From contig JBBRYO010000001.1 in NCBI GenBank assembly GCA_038237595.1, forward strand, positions 1 to 63,640: DNA of 63,640 nucleotides. The letters are read 5' to 3'. The notes under the pieces are model-generated. The model was not told the origin of the DNA, made no database searches, and saw nothing but the letters and a program-made list of their open reading frames with translations. Of this stretch, positions 39,073 to 48,184 are shown piece after piece (position 1 is the first letter of the stretch; each line of letters begins with the position of its first letter). This stretch comes from Candidatus Limnocylindrales bacterium (GTDB taxonomy: Bacteria; Chloroflexota; Limnocylindria; Limnocylindrales; CSP1-4). The position numbers and the translations under genes were made by a program.

Positions 39073-40004
39073 CGGAGTGCCGCCTCCAGGGCGGCGCGCG
39101 CGTCGGTCGTGAGATCGCGCCGCTTGACGATCACGGGCACGGACAGGCCGATCCCGTGGCTCGTCGCGTATCCACCGCTCGCCGGACGCGAGCCCGGGAC
39201 GACGACGGCTCCGGCGGGCACGACCAGGGGCTCGTCGGGGGTGCCGCGCAGCTCGAGCTCTTCGGTCAGGTCGATCAGCCGGCCCTGCCCGGTGAGGATC
39301 ACACCGGCGCCGAGAACCGCGCCGCGGCCCACCACCACGCCCTCGTAGAGGCCGCAGCCGCCCCCGACGAACGCGTCATCCTCGACGATGACGGGGCGCG
39401 CCGAGGCAGGCTCGAGGACACCGCCAACCTGGGCGGCCGCGGCCAGGTGTACCCGCTCGCCGATCTGCGCACACGAACCGACCAGCGCGTGCGAGTCGAC
39501 CATCGAGCCGCGTCCCACCCACGCCCCGACGTTCAGGTACGAAGGCGGCATGACGACGACGCCCGGCTCCAGGTGGACACCCGATCTGGCGGTCGATCCG
39601 CCCGGCACGATCCGCCACGGCGCGCCTGCGGCTTCGGCCGCGCGAGCGGCTGGGCCGTCCAGCACGTCCAGCAGGCCGAAGGCGGCCCGGTCACGCGCCG
39701 CGAGGATCGATCCGTCCCGCCACTCGCGGAGGCCGGGCAGCCGGAACCCCAGCAGGATTCCGGCCTTGACCCAGGGGTTGACACGCCAGCCGCCCGGAGC
39801 CCCGGGATCCGCCTCGGCGGCTCGCACCGTGCCGGCCTCGAGTGCGGAGATGAGCTCGGCTACGGCTACTCTCGCCTCGTCCAGCAAATTGGCGTCGGGT
39901 TGGGTGCTGCCGGCCGCGGGCCAGCGCTCGAGGACCCCGGCCAACCGCAGCCAGAGCGGATCGCAGGTTGCCGCCACGGGAGGCTCGGTGGCAATGGCGC
40001 TCAT
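39069..40004 (-). CDS. dapD: Tetrahydrodipicolinate N-succinyltransferase-type hexapeptide acyltransferase
   Basis: ATG 40004 (residue 276 of ORF 39069..40829) overlaps the dapA stop. Left-handed beta-helix repeats (VVMPPSYLNVGAWVGRGSMVDSHALVGSCAQIGERVHL...). The upstream part of the ORF is Arg/Pro nonsense. Confidence 0.8.
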   Translation of the reverse strand: MSAIATEPPVAATCDPLWLRLAGVLERWPAAGSTQPDANLLDEARVAVAELISALEAGTVRAAEADPGAPGGWRVNPWVKAGILLGFRLPGLREWRDGSILAARDRAAFGLLDVLDGPAARAAEAAGAPWRIVPGGSTARSGVHLEPGVVVMPPSYLNVGAWVGRGSMVDSHALVGSCAQIGERVHLAAAAQVGGVLEPASARPVIVEDDAFVGGGCGLYEGVVVGRGAVLGAGVILTGQGRLIDLTEELELRGTPDEPLVVPAGAVVVPGSRPASGGYATSHGIGLSVPVIVKRRDLTTDARAALEAALR

Positions 40005-40936
40005 CACGCCACCGCCTCGGTCACCTGGAGCAGGCCGGCCTCGCCGAGGACGCGGAGCAGGCGTGCCCGGCCCTCGTCGGCGAGCGGCAGGAGCGGCGGC
40101 CGGACCATGTCCGAGGCGAGCCCCATGGCCGCGAGCGCCGCTTTCACGGGAACGGGATTCGGGGAGATGAAGTTGACGCGGAAGAGATCGAGATAGCGGT
40201 CGTGGATGCGCCGCGCCTCCTCCCAGTCGCCGACCTGCGCGGCCGAGCAGAGCGCGGCCATCTGCGAGGGGATCTCGTTGGACGCCACCGAGACGACGCC
40301 ATCGCCGCCGTGCGCCAGTACCGTGAGCGTCCAGGAATCGTCGCCGGCCAGCACGCTGTAGCCGTCGGGTCGCTCGCGCAGGATCGTGGCGATCTGGTCG
40401 AGGTTCGCCGATGCCTCCTTGACGCCCACAATTCGCGGATGCTCGGCCAGGCAGAGCAGTGTGGCGGCCTCGACGTTCGTGCCGGTCCGCGATGGGACGT
40501 TGTAGACCACGATCGGAAGTGCCCCGTCGTCGGCGATCGCCCGGTAGTGCGCCTCGAGCATCCGCTGGTCGGGACGGTTGTAGTAGGGCGTCACCACGAG
40601 TGCCGCGTCGGCACCGATGACGGCGGCCCGGCGGGTCGCCTCGATCGTGGCCGCGGTGTCGTTCGTGCCGGTGCCGGCAAGGACGGTGATCCTCCGGCCG
40701 GCGCGGCGGGCGCGGACCGCCTCCACCGCGATCGAGACGAGCAGCTCGCGCTCGCTCGTGGTCAGCGTCGGCGATTCGCCGGTGGTGCCGCACGGGACGA
40801 GGCCGTCGATGCCGGCCAGCAGCTGCCACGCGACGAGGGAGCGAAACGCCTCCGCGTCGAGCGAGCCGTCGGGGTGGAAGGGAGTGACGAGCGCGGTGAA
40901 GGCACCGCGGAGGATCGGGGTCGTGGATCGAGTCAT
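40004..40936 (-). CDS. dapA: 4-hydroxy-tetrahydrodipicolinate synthase
   Basis: 310 aa. VPCGTTGESPTL, YYNRP, Schiff-base Lys in IVGVKEAS. Confidence 0.93.
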   Translation of the reverse strand: MTRSTTPILRGAFTALVTPFHPDGSLDAEAFRSLVAWQLLAGIDGLVPCGTTGESPTLTTSERELLVSIAVEAVRARRAGRRITVLAGTGTNDTAATIEATRRAAVIGADAALVVTPYYNRPDQRMLEAHYRAIADDGALPIVVYNVPSRTGTNVEAATLLCLAEHPRIVGVKEASANLDQIATILRERPDGYSVLAGDDSWTLTVLAHGGDGVVSVASNEIPSQMAALCSAAQVGDWEEARRIHDRYLDLFRVNFISPNPVPVKAALAAMGLASDMVRPPLLPLADEGRARLLRVLGEAGLLQVTEAVA

Positions 40937-40970
40937 CGGAGTGTCTCCTTCGGCGTTGGTTGGCGGTCGC

Positions 40971-41779
40971 TCAGGCGACCGCGCGGGCGGGTGAATCGAT
41001 CGATTCGGGCTGGCCTGCGACGAGCTCGCGGACGAGGGCGTCGAACGCGATCAGGCCGGGCGGGCGGTTCGGGTGGGCAAGGAGGTGGTCGCAGGCCAGC
41101 AGCGCACCGGCCACGTACGCGGAGCGGTCACGCGCCGTGATCCGCAGCTCGAACGATTCGCCGGACGCGTCGAAGCCCACGACGTGCATCCCGGGTGAGG
41201 CTCCCGCGCGAAGCGCCACCACCTCGAGCGTGTCGAGGGCAGGCGCACCCGGCCCGTCGGCCAGGAGCGCCCGGCGCTTCGAGGGGAGATGGGGAATGAG
41301 CCGTCCGGCGATGGACAGGGCGGTGCCGGACGGCCGGTCGGCCTTGCCGCGGCGGTGCCACTCGAAGACGTAGGGGTCGTAGTCGGCGAAGTGTCCGAAG
41401 AGCCTCGCGGCCTCGACCGCCAGCTCCGCGAACAGCACCGCTCCCAGGCTGTAGGTCGGCGCGACGACGGCAGACGCGCCTGACTCGATCAACCGCCGCT
41501 CCAGCTGCACGACGGCACCCGGCCCGGCCGTCCAGCCGGTTGTCCCGACGACGATCGCGCGGCAGCCGCTCGCCAACGCGTACTCGATGTTCGGAATGAA
41601 CGACGAGGCGTGGCTGAACTCGAACGCCACGTCGACCGGCTCGAGGTTCCCGGCGTCCGGGCGCTCCGCTCGGTCAGGCCCTGGGCGGCCGAGCATGGCC
41701 ACGACCACGTCGCCCCGCTCCTCCACCGCCATGCGAATGGCGCGGCCCATGTTCCCTGGCCCAGGATCAGTGCTCGCAT
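40971..41779 (-). pseudogene. dapB: 4-hydroxy-tetrahydrodipicolinate reductase, first seven codons displaced by a one-base deletion at about 41759-41761
   Basis: ATG 41779 behind GAGGGA gives MRALILG (frame of ORF 41489..41854). The body is in ORF 40971..41837 from PGNMGRAIRMAV... (VVGTTGWTAG). Observed CTGGGCCAGGG versus expected CTGGGCCCAGGG, which would give MRALILGPGNMGRAI, the dinucleotide-binding motif. Confidence 0.85.
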
Positions 41780-41838
41780 CGTTGTCCCTCGATTCGTGGA
41801 GGGACCTGGTGGGCGGCGGCTCCGATGCGCCGGACATG

Positions 41839-41874
41839 AAAAAGCCGCAGTCACCGTCGTTTCGGTGCTGCGGC
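41839..41874 (-). terminator. Intrinsic terminator/attenuator hairpin at the end of the dapB leader
   Basis: Minus strand: GCCGCAG-caccgaaacgacggtga-CTGCGGC followed by TTTTT, about 60 nt upstream of the dapB ATG. Confidence 0.6.
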
Positions 41875-42135
41875 CCTCGGAGCCTGCCCGGCAGGCCCCG
41901 TGTCGCTCGTTTCCGCGCGAAGGCCTACAGGGCCCGTGCCTCCCGGCAGGGCCGCCGGCGCTTCGGCTTGGAAACGAACGGGTTGTGCATTGCCGCGGCA
42001 GTGTGCCACGGCTCGTCGGGATCCGACGGTTTCAATTCGGTCGCAGGCTGCCTTCGCCGCTCCTTGCGAGCCGCTCCCCGAATGGCTATGGTCACGATGC
42101 GCGGCGGGACCCGCGCCCCACTCACGAGGAGGCGA
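41875..42135 (-). promoter_or_regulatory. Structured 5' leader of dapB-dapA-dapD-lysA; possible lysine (L-box-like) riboswitch aptamer
   Basis: About 260 nt with no credible ORF and many local hairpins. In 5'-3' order it contains GAGUGGGGCGC, GGGGAGCG, GCGGCGAAGG, CCGUGG and CACUGCCG. These loosely parallel the L-box elements AGAGGCGC, GGGGAG, CGCCGAAGG, CUGG and ACUGUCA. Not verified by a covariance model. Confidence 0.3.
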
Positions 42136-42217
42136 CAGGATGCGCAGGGTCCGCCCGTATTCGGTGATGCCTTCAAGGAGCAGGCCGCTCCGTAGCGACA
42201 CGCATGGGAGGAAGGGT

Positions 42218-42841
42218 ATGTTCGTTCGTCGCCTGCTTTCAGGCCGGGGCGTGGTCGTGGTCCTCGCGCTTGCCGGGACCATGATCTTCACGCTGTCGGG
42301 CAGCGTGCTGGGTGCCGTCCCGGCGGAACAGAGGAGCGGCACCATCGGCGTCTTCGACGTTCGCGATTCGTCCAGCCTGCCGGCGCCGTACTGCGTCTAC
42401 CCCTTCGGGGATCCCGGCGTGAAGAGTCCGCTGGCCTACTTCCACGTCCGTCCGCCGCTCGTCCGCGCCCACGATAACGGCGACGCCAACCATCACGAGA
42501 GCCAGACCGTCGGATACCAGCTGATCATCCAGCGGGCGACGCATCCCGGCACCGGACCCTGGACAACGGTCGTCACCGGCCAGGTGTTCAAGAAGACCGC
42601 GTTCGAGGACCAGTCGGCGAAGTTCCACCCGCGGGACATCACCTATCACGCCGGCAGCGGCCACACGTTTGCACGCCTGATCGTGCGGCTGACGTGGTAC
42701 AGCGGCGGCACGGTGGTCGGGTCGGTCAAGCACTGGTACGCCGCGTACTCGAAGTACGTCAGCTCCGGGATCAATCCCGACTGGTCCTCGCCACAGGGCA
42801 CGACCGCCTTCGGCAAGTGCCCCAGCCACACGGTGCTGTAG
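42218..42841 (+). CDS. Secreted hypothetical protein
   Basis: ATG 42218 behind GGGAGGAAGGG (inside ORF 41900..42841). Signal peptide MFVRRLLSGRGVVVVLALAGTMIF. The mature part is rich in aromatic residues and has no recognisable motif. Confidence 0.6.
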   Translation: MFVRRLLSGRGVVVVLALAGTMIFTLSGSVLGAVPAEQRSGTIGVFDVRDSSSLPAPYCVYPFGDPGVKSPLAYFHVRPPLVRAHDNGDANHHESQTVGYQLIIQRATHPGTGPWTTVVTGQVFKKTAFEDQSAKFHPRDITYHAGSGHTFARLIVRLTWYSGGTVVGSVKHWYAAYSKYVSSGINPDWSSPQGTTAFGKCPSHTVL

Positions 42842-42847
42842 GCGGCG

Positions 42848-44191
42848 CTACGCCGCCACCTCGCCCCCGCGCTGTCCCCACCACGCCTCGAACGCGTCGA
42901 ACGTCGGCGCGATCGGCTCCGGAAGCTCGTCGCCGTCGACGATCACGTCGAGGGTCTTGAGTCCGTTGCCGGTGATGACCAGGACCACCTCGTCGTCACT
43001 GCGGACGGTGCCGTTCGCGATGGCCCGGCGCAGAGCCGCAAGCGTCACGCCGCCGGCGGTCTCGGTCAGGATGCCCTCCGTCTCAGCCAGCAGCCGGATC
43101 GATTCGACGGTCGAGGTGTCGTCGACGGCGTAGATTCCGCCGCCCGTTTCGCGGGCGAGACGCAGCGCGAAGATGCCGTCGGCCGGGTTGCCGATCGCCA
43201 GCGAGCGCACGATTGTGTCCGGTCGCTCGACCGGCCGCCAGACGTCCGCTCCCTCGGCAAACGCGTTCGCGATCGGCGCACAGCCTGCTGCCTGGCCGCC
43301 CACGAAGCGGACCGCTCCCGGCTCGACGAGGCCGACCTTGCCGAGCTCGCCGAAACCCTTGGCGAGCTTCGTGTAGAGCGAGCCTGACGCGAGCGGCGCC
43401 ACGACCACGTCTGGTGTGCGCCAGCCGAGCTGCTGCGCGATCTCGTAGGCCAGCGTCTTCGATCCTTCGGAGTAGTAGGGCCGCAGGTTCACATTCACCA
43501 CGGCCCAGCCCTCGAGCTCGTCGGTGAGCTCCAGGCAGAGGCGATTGACGTCATCGTACGGGCCGTTCACCCGGACAACAGTCGCGCCGAGCGCCCGGGC
43601 CTGGGCAACCTTCGCGGGCTCCAGGTCGGCAGGGACGAAGACGACCGATCGCAGGCCGAGCGCCGAAGCTGCCGCGGCCACCGATGCCGACAGGTTCCCG
43701 GTCGAGGCACATGCGAGGGTGGTGAACCCGAACTCCACGGCGCGAGCGGCGGCCACGCCGACCACACGATCCTTGAAGGAAAGCGTTGGGTTCCGCGAGT
43801 CGTCCTTGACCCACAGCTGCTCGAGTCCCAGCCGCGCGGCCAGTCGGGGTGCTGGCGTCAGGGGACTGATCCCGACGCGCAGGCCTGCGGTCGGGATGGT
43901 GTCGACGGGGAGGAGCTCGGCGTAGCGCCAGATCGTGGCGGGGCGAGCGTCAAGCAGCTCATGGGACAGTCGCGAGGCTGTGGTGGCAAGATCGTAGGTC
44001 GCCTCGAGCGGGCCGAAGCACCTGGTACAGACGAAGTAGGGACCGGACGGCGACGGCGTGCCGCAGGCGCGGCAACGGAGGCCCGAGAAACCCGGCACAA
44101 AGGCCGGCTCCGCGTCGGCGGTGCGTGGCGCTGGCGGTGAGGTGCCTTCAGAGACGTACGGATCGGGTCGGGCGGCGGTGGTCTGCGACAT
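42848..44191 (-). CDS. thrC: Threonine synthase (long form with N-terminal zinc-ribbon)
   Basis: 447 aa. CRACGTPSPSGPYFVCTRC, PLP-lysine NPTLSFKDR, ACASTGNLSASVAA. Confidence 0.9.
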   Translation of the reverse strand: MSQTTAARPDPYVSEGTSPPAPRTADAEPAFVPGFSGLRCRACGTPSPSGPYFVCTRCFGPLEATYDLATTASRLSHELLDARPATIWRYAELLPVDTIPTAGLRVGISPLTPAPRLAARLGLEQLWVKDDSRNPTLSFKDRVVGVAAARAVEFGFTTLACASTGNLSASVAAAASALGLRSVVFVPADLEPAKVAQARALGATVVRVNGPYDDVNRLCLELTDELEGWAVVNVNLRPYYSEGSKTLAYEIAQQLGWRTPDVVVAPLASGSLYTKLAKGFGELGKVGLVEPGAVRFVGGQAAGCAPIANAFAEGADVWRPVERPDTIVRSLAIGNPADGIFALRLARETGGGIYAVDDTSTVESIRLLAETEGILTETAGGVTLAALRRAIANGTVRSDDEVVLVITGNGLKTLDVIVDGDELPEPIAPTFDAFEAWWGQRGGEVAA

Positions 44192-44213
44192 GATTCGGTG
44201 CTCCTTCTACGAG

Positions 44214-44247
44214 AATCACAAAGGCCGCGATCCGTTCGATCGCGGCC
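44214..44247 (-). terminator. Intrinsic-terminator-like hairpin 31 nt upstream of the thrC start
   Basis: Minus strand: GGCCGCGATC-gaac-GGATCGCGGCC followed by TTTGTGATT. Confidence 0.5.
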
Positions 44248-44409
44248 CCGGGGATCCGAGCCTGTGGCTGCGGCGTTTCTGACAAGCGCGCCGCTACCTC
44301 AGGCCCCGTCCGATCCCGGTCGGGGCCGTGGGCATCGCCATGTGAATGGCCAACGGCTTCATGCGCGGCAGTGTACGGGCTCGTGGATGGTTATGCAACG
44401 TTGAAGTTC

Positions 44410-44452
44410 CGCCACGGCGGCGCCTCGAGCCTGGGAAGGCGCCGCCGTGGCG
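44410..44452 (-). terminator. 15-bp GC hairpin 20 nt downstream of the amt stop
   Basis: CGCCACGGCGGCGCC / GGCGCCGCCGTGGCG arms with a 13-nt loop. There is no clear U-tract, so function as a terminator is inferred from position only. Confidence 0.4.
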
Positions 44453-44471
44453 AAGAACCGGGAGGGTGTAT

Positions 44472-46127
44472 TCAGGCGGTCGCGATCCCCAGCCCGTAGG
44501 GCGCGGGGACGGTGTCGTCGGGGATGTAGCCGGCGAGGCCCATCTCGGGCAGGTCGAGGCCACCGATCTCGACCTCGGGCGAGACCCGCATCGGCACGAA
44601 CCGGTTCAGGACCTTGAAGAACACGTAGCTGGCACCGAAGGCCCATGCGAAGCACACGGCTGCACTGATCACCTGGGCCACGAATTGACCGGTCCCCGCG
44701 GCATCGCCGGAGAGCAGGCCCTTGACGGAGTAGCCGGCGTAGTTCGAGGTGCCGTCGGCGAAGATGCCGACTGCGATGACACCCCACAGACCGTTGACGC
44801 CGTGGACCGCGATGGCCCCCACCGGGTCATCGACCTTCAGGCGCTGGTCGATGAACGCCACGGCGACGCAGACCAGGACGCCCGCGATGATGCCGATGAT
44901 GGACGCCGCGAGTGGCCCGACATAGCCGGAGGGCGCGGTGATGGCGACCAGGCCGGCGAGCATCCCGTTCACCATCATGCCGGGATTGGGCTTGCCCTCG
45001 GTCTTCCACGTATAGAGCATCGCCGAGCAGGCCGCGAAGCCTGACGAGAGCAGGGTCACCACGGCCACGATTCCGATGCGCAGGTTGCCATTGCCCGACG
45101 CTCCGAAGGTCGAGCCCGGATTGAAGCCGAACCAGCCGAAAGCCAGGATGAACGTGCCGAGAATGGCCAGGATCTGGTTGTGACCGAGGATGGCGTTGAC
45201 CTTGCCGTCCTTCGCGTACTTGCCGATGCGAGGCCCGAGGACCATCGCTCCTGCCAGCGCGCACCAGCCGCCGACAGAGTGGACGACGCCGGAACCCGCG
45301 AAGTCAGCGTACCCCACTCCGAGCCCGACCTGGCCGAGCTGGGCGAGGAAGCCGCCGCCCCATGTCCAGGCCTCGTAGAAGGGGTACAGGATCATCGAGA
45401 TGAACAGCCCATAGATGACGAACGGCTTGAACCGGAAGCGCTCAGCCATGGAGCCAGTCGGAATGGTGGCCGCCGTGTCCATGAACACGAGCTGGAACAG
45501 GAAGAAGGCGATCACGCTGACGTCGTAGGCGGCACCCGAGAGGGCGAAGCCGGTGGTGCCCAGCAAGCCCCAGGTGTGCCCGCCGATGTCGAGCGTGATG
45601 CCCGAGCCGAGCGGGTGGACGGCACCGAGATTGCCGCCACCAACTCCCGGCAGACCGCCGAACGCGAAGGCGAAGCCCACCAGGAAGTAGCCCACGATGC
45701 CGATGGCATAGATCATGAAATTCATGCTCATCGTGTGCATCGCGTTCTTGGCGCGGGTGAACCCCGTCTCGACCAGCGCGAAGCCCGCCTGCATGAACAT
45801 GACCAGGAAGCCGGTCACCAGCAGCCAGACCATGTTCACGCCGATGCGGTTCTGGTCCACCAGGTCGGCCAGCTTGAGGGCATACGGTTCGGAGGTGGCA
45901 GCCGCGGTGGCGTCGTCCGCCGTGATGCTGCCGGGCGCCAGTCCGACCAGGTTGGCGCCGCTGCTCGTGGAAAGTCCGGCCGGGTCGCCGGGTGCGACGG
46001 CGGAAGAGCTGCACGCTGCCAACAGCCAGAACGCTGCCACGATCAGGAGCAGCAGCGTCACCGATCGAGGCACGTGAGCGCGCTTGGCGAGGACGGCACT
46101 CCCCGCGCCGGACACACGATTCGACAT
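44472..46127 (-). CDS. amt: Ammonium transporter (Amt family), long form with lipoprotein-type signal
   Basis: ATG 46127, 9 nt behind AGGAGG (residue 49 of ORF 44472..46271). Lipobox-like FWLLAACSS. Amt core FMQAGFALVETGF...VHSVGGW...AVHGVNGLWG. Confidence 0.9.
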   Translation of the reverse strand: MSNRVSGAGSAVLAKRAHVPRSVTLLLLIVAAFWLLAACSSSAVAPGDPAGLSTSSGANLVGLAPGSITADDATAAATSEPYALKLADLVDQNRIGVNMVWLLVTGFLVMFMQAGFALVETGFTRAKNAMHTMSMNFMIYAIGIVGYFLVGFAFAFGGLPGVGGGNLGAVHPLGSGITLDIGGHTWGLLGTTGFALSGAAYDVSVIAFFLFQLVFMDTAATIPTGSMAERFRFKPFVIYGLFISMILYPFYEAWTWGGGFLAQLGQVGLGVGYADFAGSGVVHSVGGWCALAGAMVLGPRIGKYAKDGKVNAILGHNQILAILGTFILAFGWFGFNPGSTFGASGNGNLRIGIVAVVTLLSSGFAACSAMLYTWKTEGKPNPGMMVNGMLAGLVAITAPSGYVGPLAASIIGIIAGVLVCVAVAFIDQRLKVDDPVGAIAVHGVNGLWGVIAVGIFADGTSNYAGYSVKGLLSGDAAGTGQFVAQVISAAVCFAWAFGASYVFFKVLNRFVPMRVSPEVEIGGLDLPEMGLAGYIPDDTVPAPYGLGIATA

Positions 46128-46201
46128 ACCAGAAACCCTCCTGTTCCTTGATGGTTGCTCCATGCCCTGGAGCGACGCCACGGCGGCGACGCCCTGACTC
46201 C

Positions 46202-46693
46202 TCAGCCGGCGACGGGACGCCGGAGCAGGGCCCGCCAGCGATTGCCCATCGCGCGCCGGGACGATCGCCACACGCCGGGCAACCCAGGGAGAACGGCGTG
46301 GTGGCTGATCGCGCTGCGCTGTCGCTTGCGGACCAGTGCCAGCGAGTAAGCCGCGGCTACCTCGTCGGCTGAGCCGGGCCGGGCTGCCCGGACTGCCGCG
46401 AGGAACTGATCCGCTGCGGTGTCCAGTAGTCCCATCCGGAGGCTCAGCTCCCCACCCTTTTGATTCGCGGCAAAGCCGGCCGGGTCGAGCGACATCGCAA
46501 GCCCTGCCTCCACCTGCGCATCGAGCGGGCGACCCAGGGCCAGCAGCGCTGCCGAGCGGTAGGCGTGAATGTCGGCGTTGTCGGGATCGGCGGAGAGCGC
46601 CGTATCCAGGGTCTCCAGCGCCTCCGGGAAGTGCTCGCGCCTCAGGAGGAGCAGAGCGTCGCCGAGGTGCGAGGGGCTCGTGACGCGTGGCAT
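46202..46693 (-). CDS. TPR-repeat protein
   Basis: 163 aa. TPR-like helices (ALLLLRREHFPEALETLDTALSADPDNADIHAYRSAALLALGRPLDA). The last 40 aa are Arg-rich and may be out of frame. Confidence 0.55.
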   Translation of the reverse strand: MPRVTSPSHLGDALLLLRREHFPEALETLDTALSADPDNADIHAYRSAALLALGRPLDAQVEAGLAMSLDPAGFAANQKGGELSLRMGLLDTAADQFLAAVRAARPGSADEVAAAYSLALVRKRQRSAISHHAVLPGLPGVWRSSRRAMGNRWRALLRRPVAG

Positions 46694-46698
46694 GGCGC

Positions 46699-47921
46699 TC
46701 AGTCCAGCTCGACCGACTGAATCAGTGGCCCCATCGAGCCGGCAAGCGCGTGGCTCGACACCACGGTCCCTTCGATGACACCCGATAGGCTCGGCCGGCG
46801 AACCCAGATCGCCATCAGGATCGGCGTCAACATGGTGGTGCCAAGGGCCATCAGGACCGAGGCGGCGTACAGGCCGTTGTCGATGATGCCCGAGCTGAGC
46901 CCGAGCGTGGCGGCGACCATCGCCACTTCGCCGCGAGCGACCATGCCCATGCCGACGCCGAGCGAGCCGTGCGGCCCCAGGCCTCCGGCGAGCGCGCCAA
47001 GCGAGCAGCCGACCACCTTGCCGATCACCGCGACAAGGAAGAGCGCGGCCGTGACGCCCAGCAACGCGGGTGCGGCTCGGACGTCCACCGAGAGCCCGAT
47101 GCCGACCAGGAAGACGGGGATGAAGAGCGCCTCACCAGCGTGGACCAGCTGTTCGCGGATCCGCTCCGCAACGTGGCTACCGTTCACGGCCAGTCCCACG
47201 AAGTAGGCCCCGGTGATCGCCGCGAGTCCGCCGATCGACTGGAAGATCCAGCCCGCCACGATGACGAGCCCCAGCAGCCCCGCGATGCCGCCGCCGCGGG
47301 CCTGGAAACCGCCGATCAGTCGCGACAATTGGTGACGGAACACCCGCAGGAACATGAATGCGCCGATCAGGTCATCGCGCCCAGTTGCGCCAGCGGCGAG
47401 CTGCCTGACCTCGTTGCGGCCGCGATGACGAGCGCCAGGACTGCCAGGGCCAGCACGTCGTCGATCACTGCGGCACCGAGGATGGTCGTTCCGGCCCGGG
47501 AGCGCCCGAGGCCGAGCTCGCGGAGGGCGGCCGCGCTGATGCCGACGCTCGTTGCCGTGAGGATGGCGCCCGCGAAGAGCGCGGCTGCATCCGAGTAGCC
47601 GAACGCGTGCGCCACGCCCGCGCCCAGGATGAATGGGAGAATCACGCCGCCGAGCGCCGCCAGCAATGCGGGCCGACCGACCGAGCGGAGCCCGGCGATG
47701 TCGGTCTCGAGTCCGGCGATGGCCAGCACGACCAGCGCTCCAACGCTCGAGAGGAGCCCCAGCTGGCCATCGATCTGGACCAGCCCCAGCACGCTCGGGC
47801 CGATCAGCAGGCCGGCACCGATCTGCCCGGCGACGCGGGTCAGTCGCAGGCGGTCGGACACGAAGCCGCCGACCTCAGCAGCGATCAGGATCAGGGCAAT
47901 TCCAAGCAACGCTCGCTCCAT
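46699..47921 (-). pseudogene. CPA2-family cation/proton antiporter (Kef/NapA-like), split into two ORFs by a frameshift near 47356-47420
   Basis: ORF 47367..47921 (184 aa, TM1-6, AGLETD motif) and ORF 46699..47355 (218 aa, TM7-13) lie in different frames. Together they make the roughly 400-aa transporter core. The second frame is open upstream through ...DDLIGAFMFLRVF. Confidence 0.75.
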
Positions 47922-48184
47922 GTCCCAAGGCTAGGGAGGAACGGCGACGGGATCGAGTCCTGCGCGGTTGTGCGTAGGTGACGTTGGGATGTCGCTATCG
48001 GGCGGCATTGTTGTGCCCGGGTAGCGGGTCACGCCATCGACGCAACCGGGCTGCAACCCGGGCGCCAGGCCACGCTCACGCGCGCGCCCTGAAATCGAGG
48101 AGCCTTCAGTCAGATCGACGCTCGCCGCATGCTCATGCAACTGACCGATAGCTCGGCCATGTGTTCCCTCGACCCTTGGCGTAG

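Noticed and set aside
41838-42217. Housekeeping RNA gene (RNase P RNA, SRP RNA, tmRNA, 6S) in the 380-nt gap.
   Set aside because: I looked on both strands for GAGGAAAGUCC / ACAGAA (RNase P), GGUCCGGAAGGAAGCAGC (SRP) and GGGGCUGA...UCCACCA (tmRNA) and found none. Position and the terminal terminator fit a cis-regulatory leader better.
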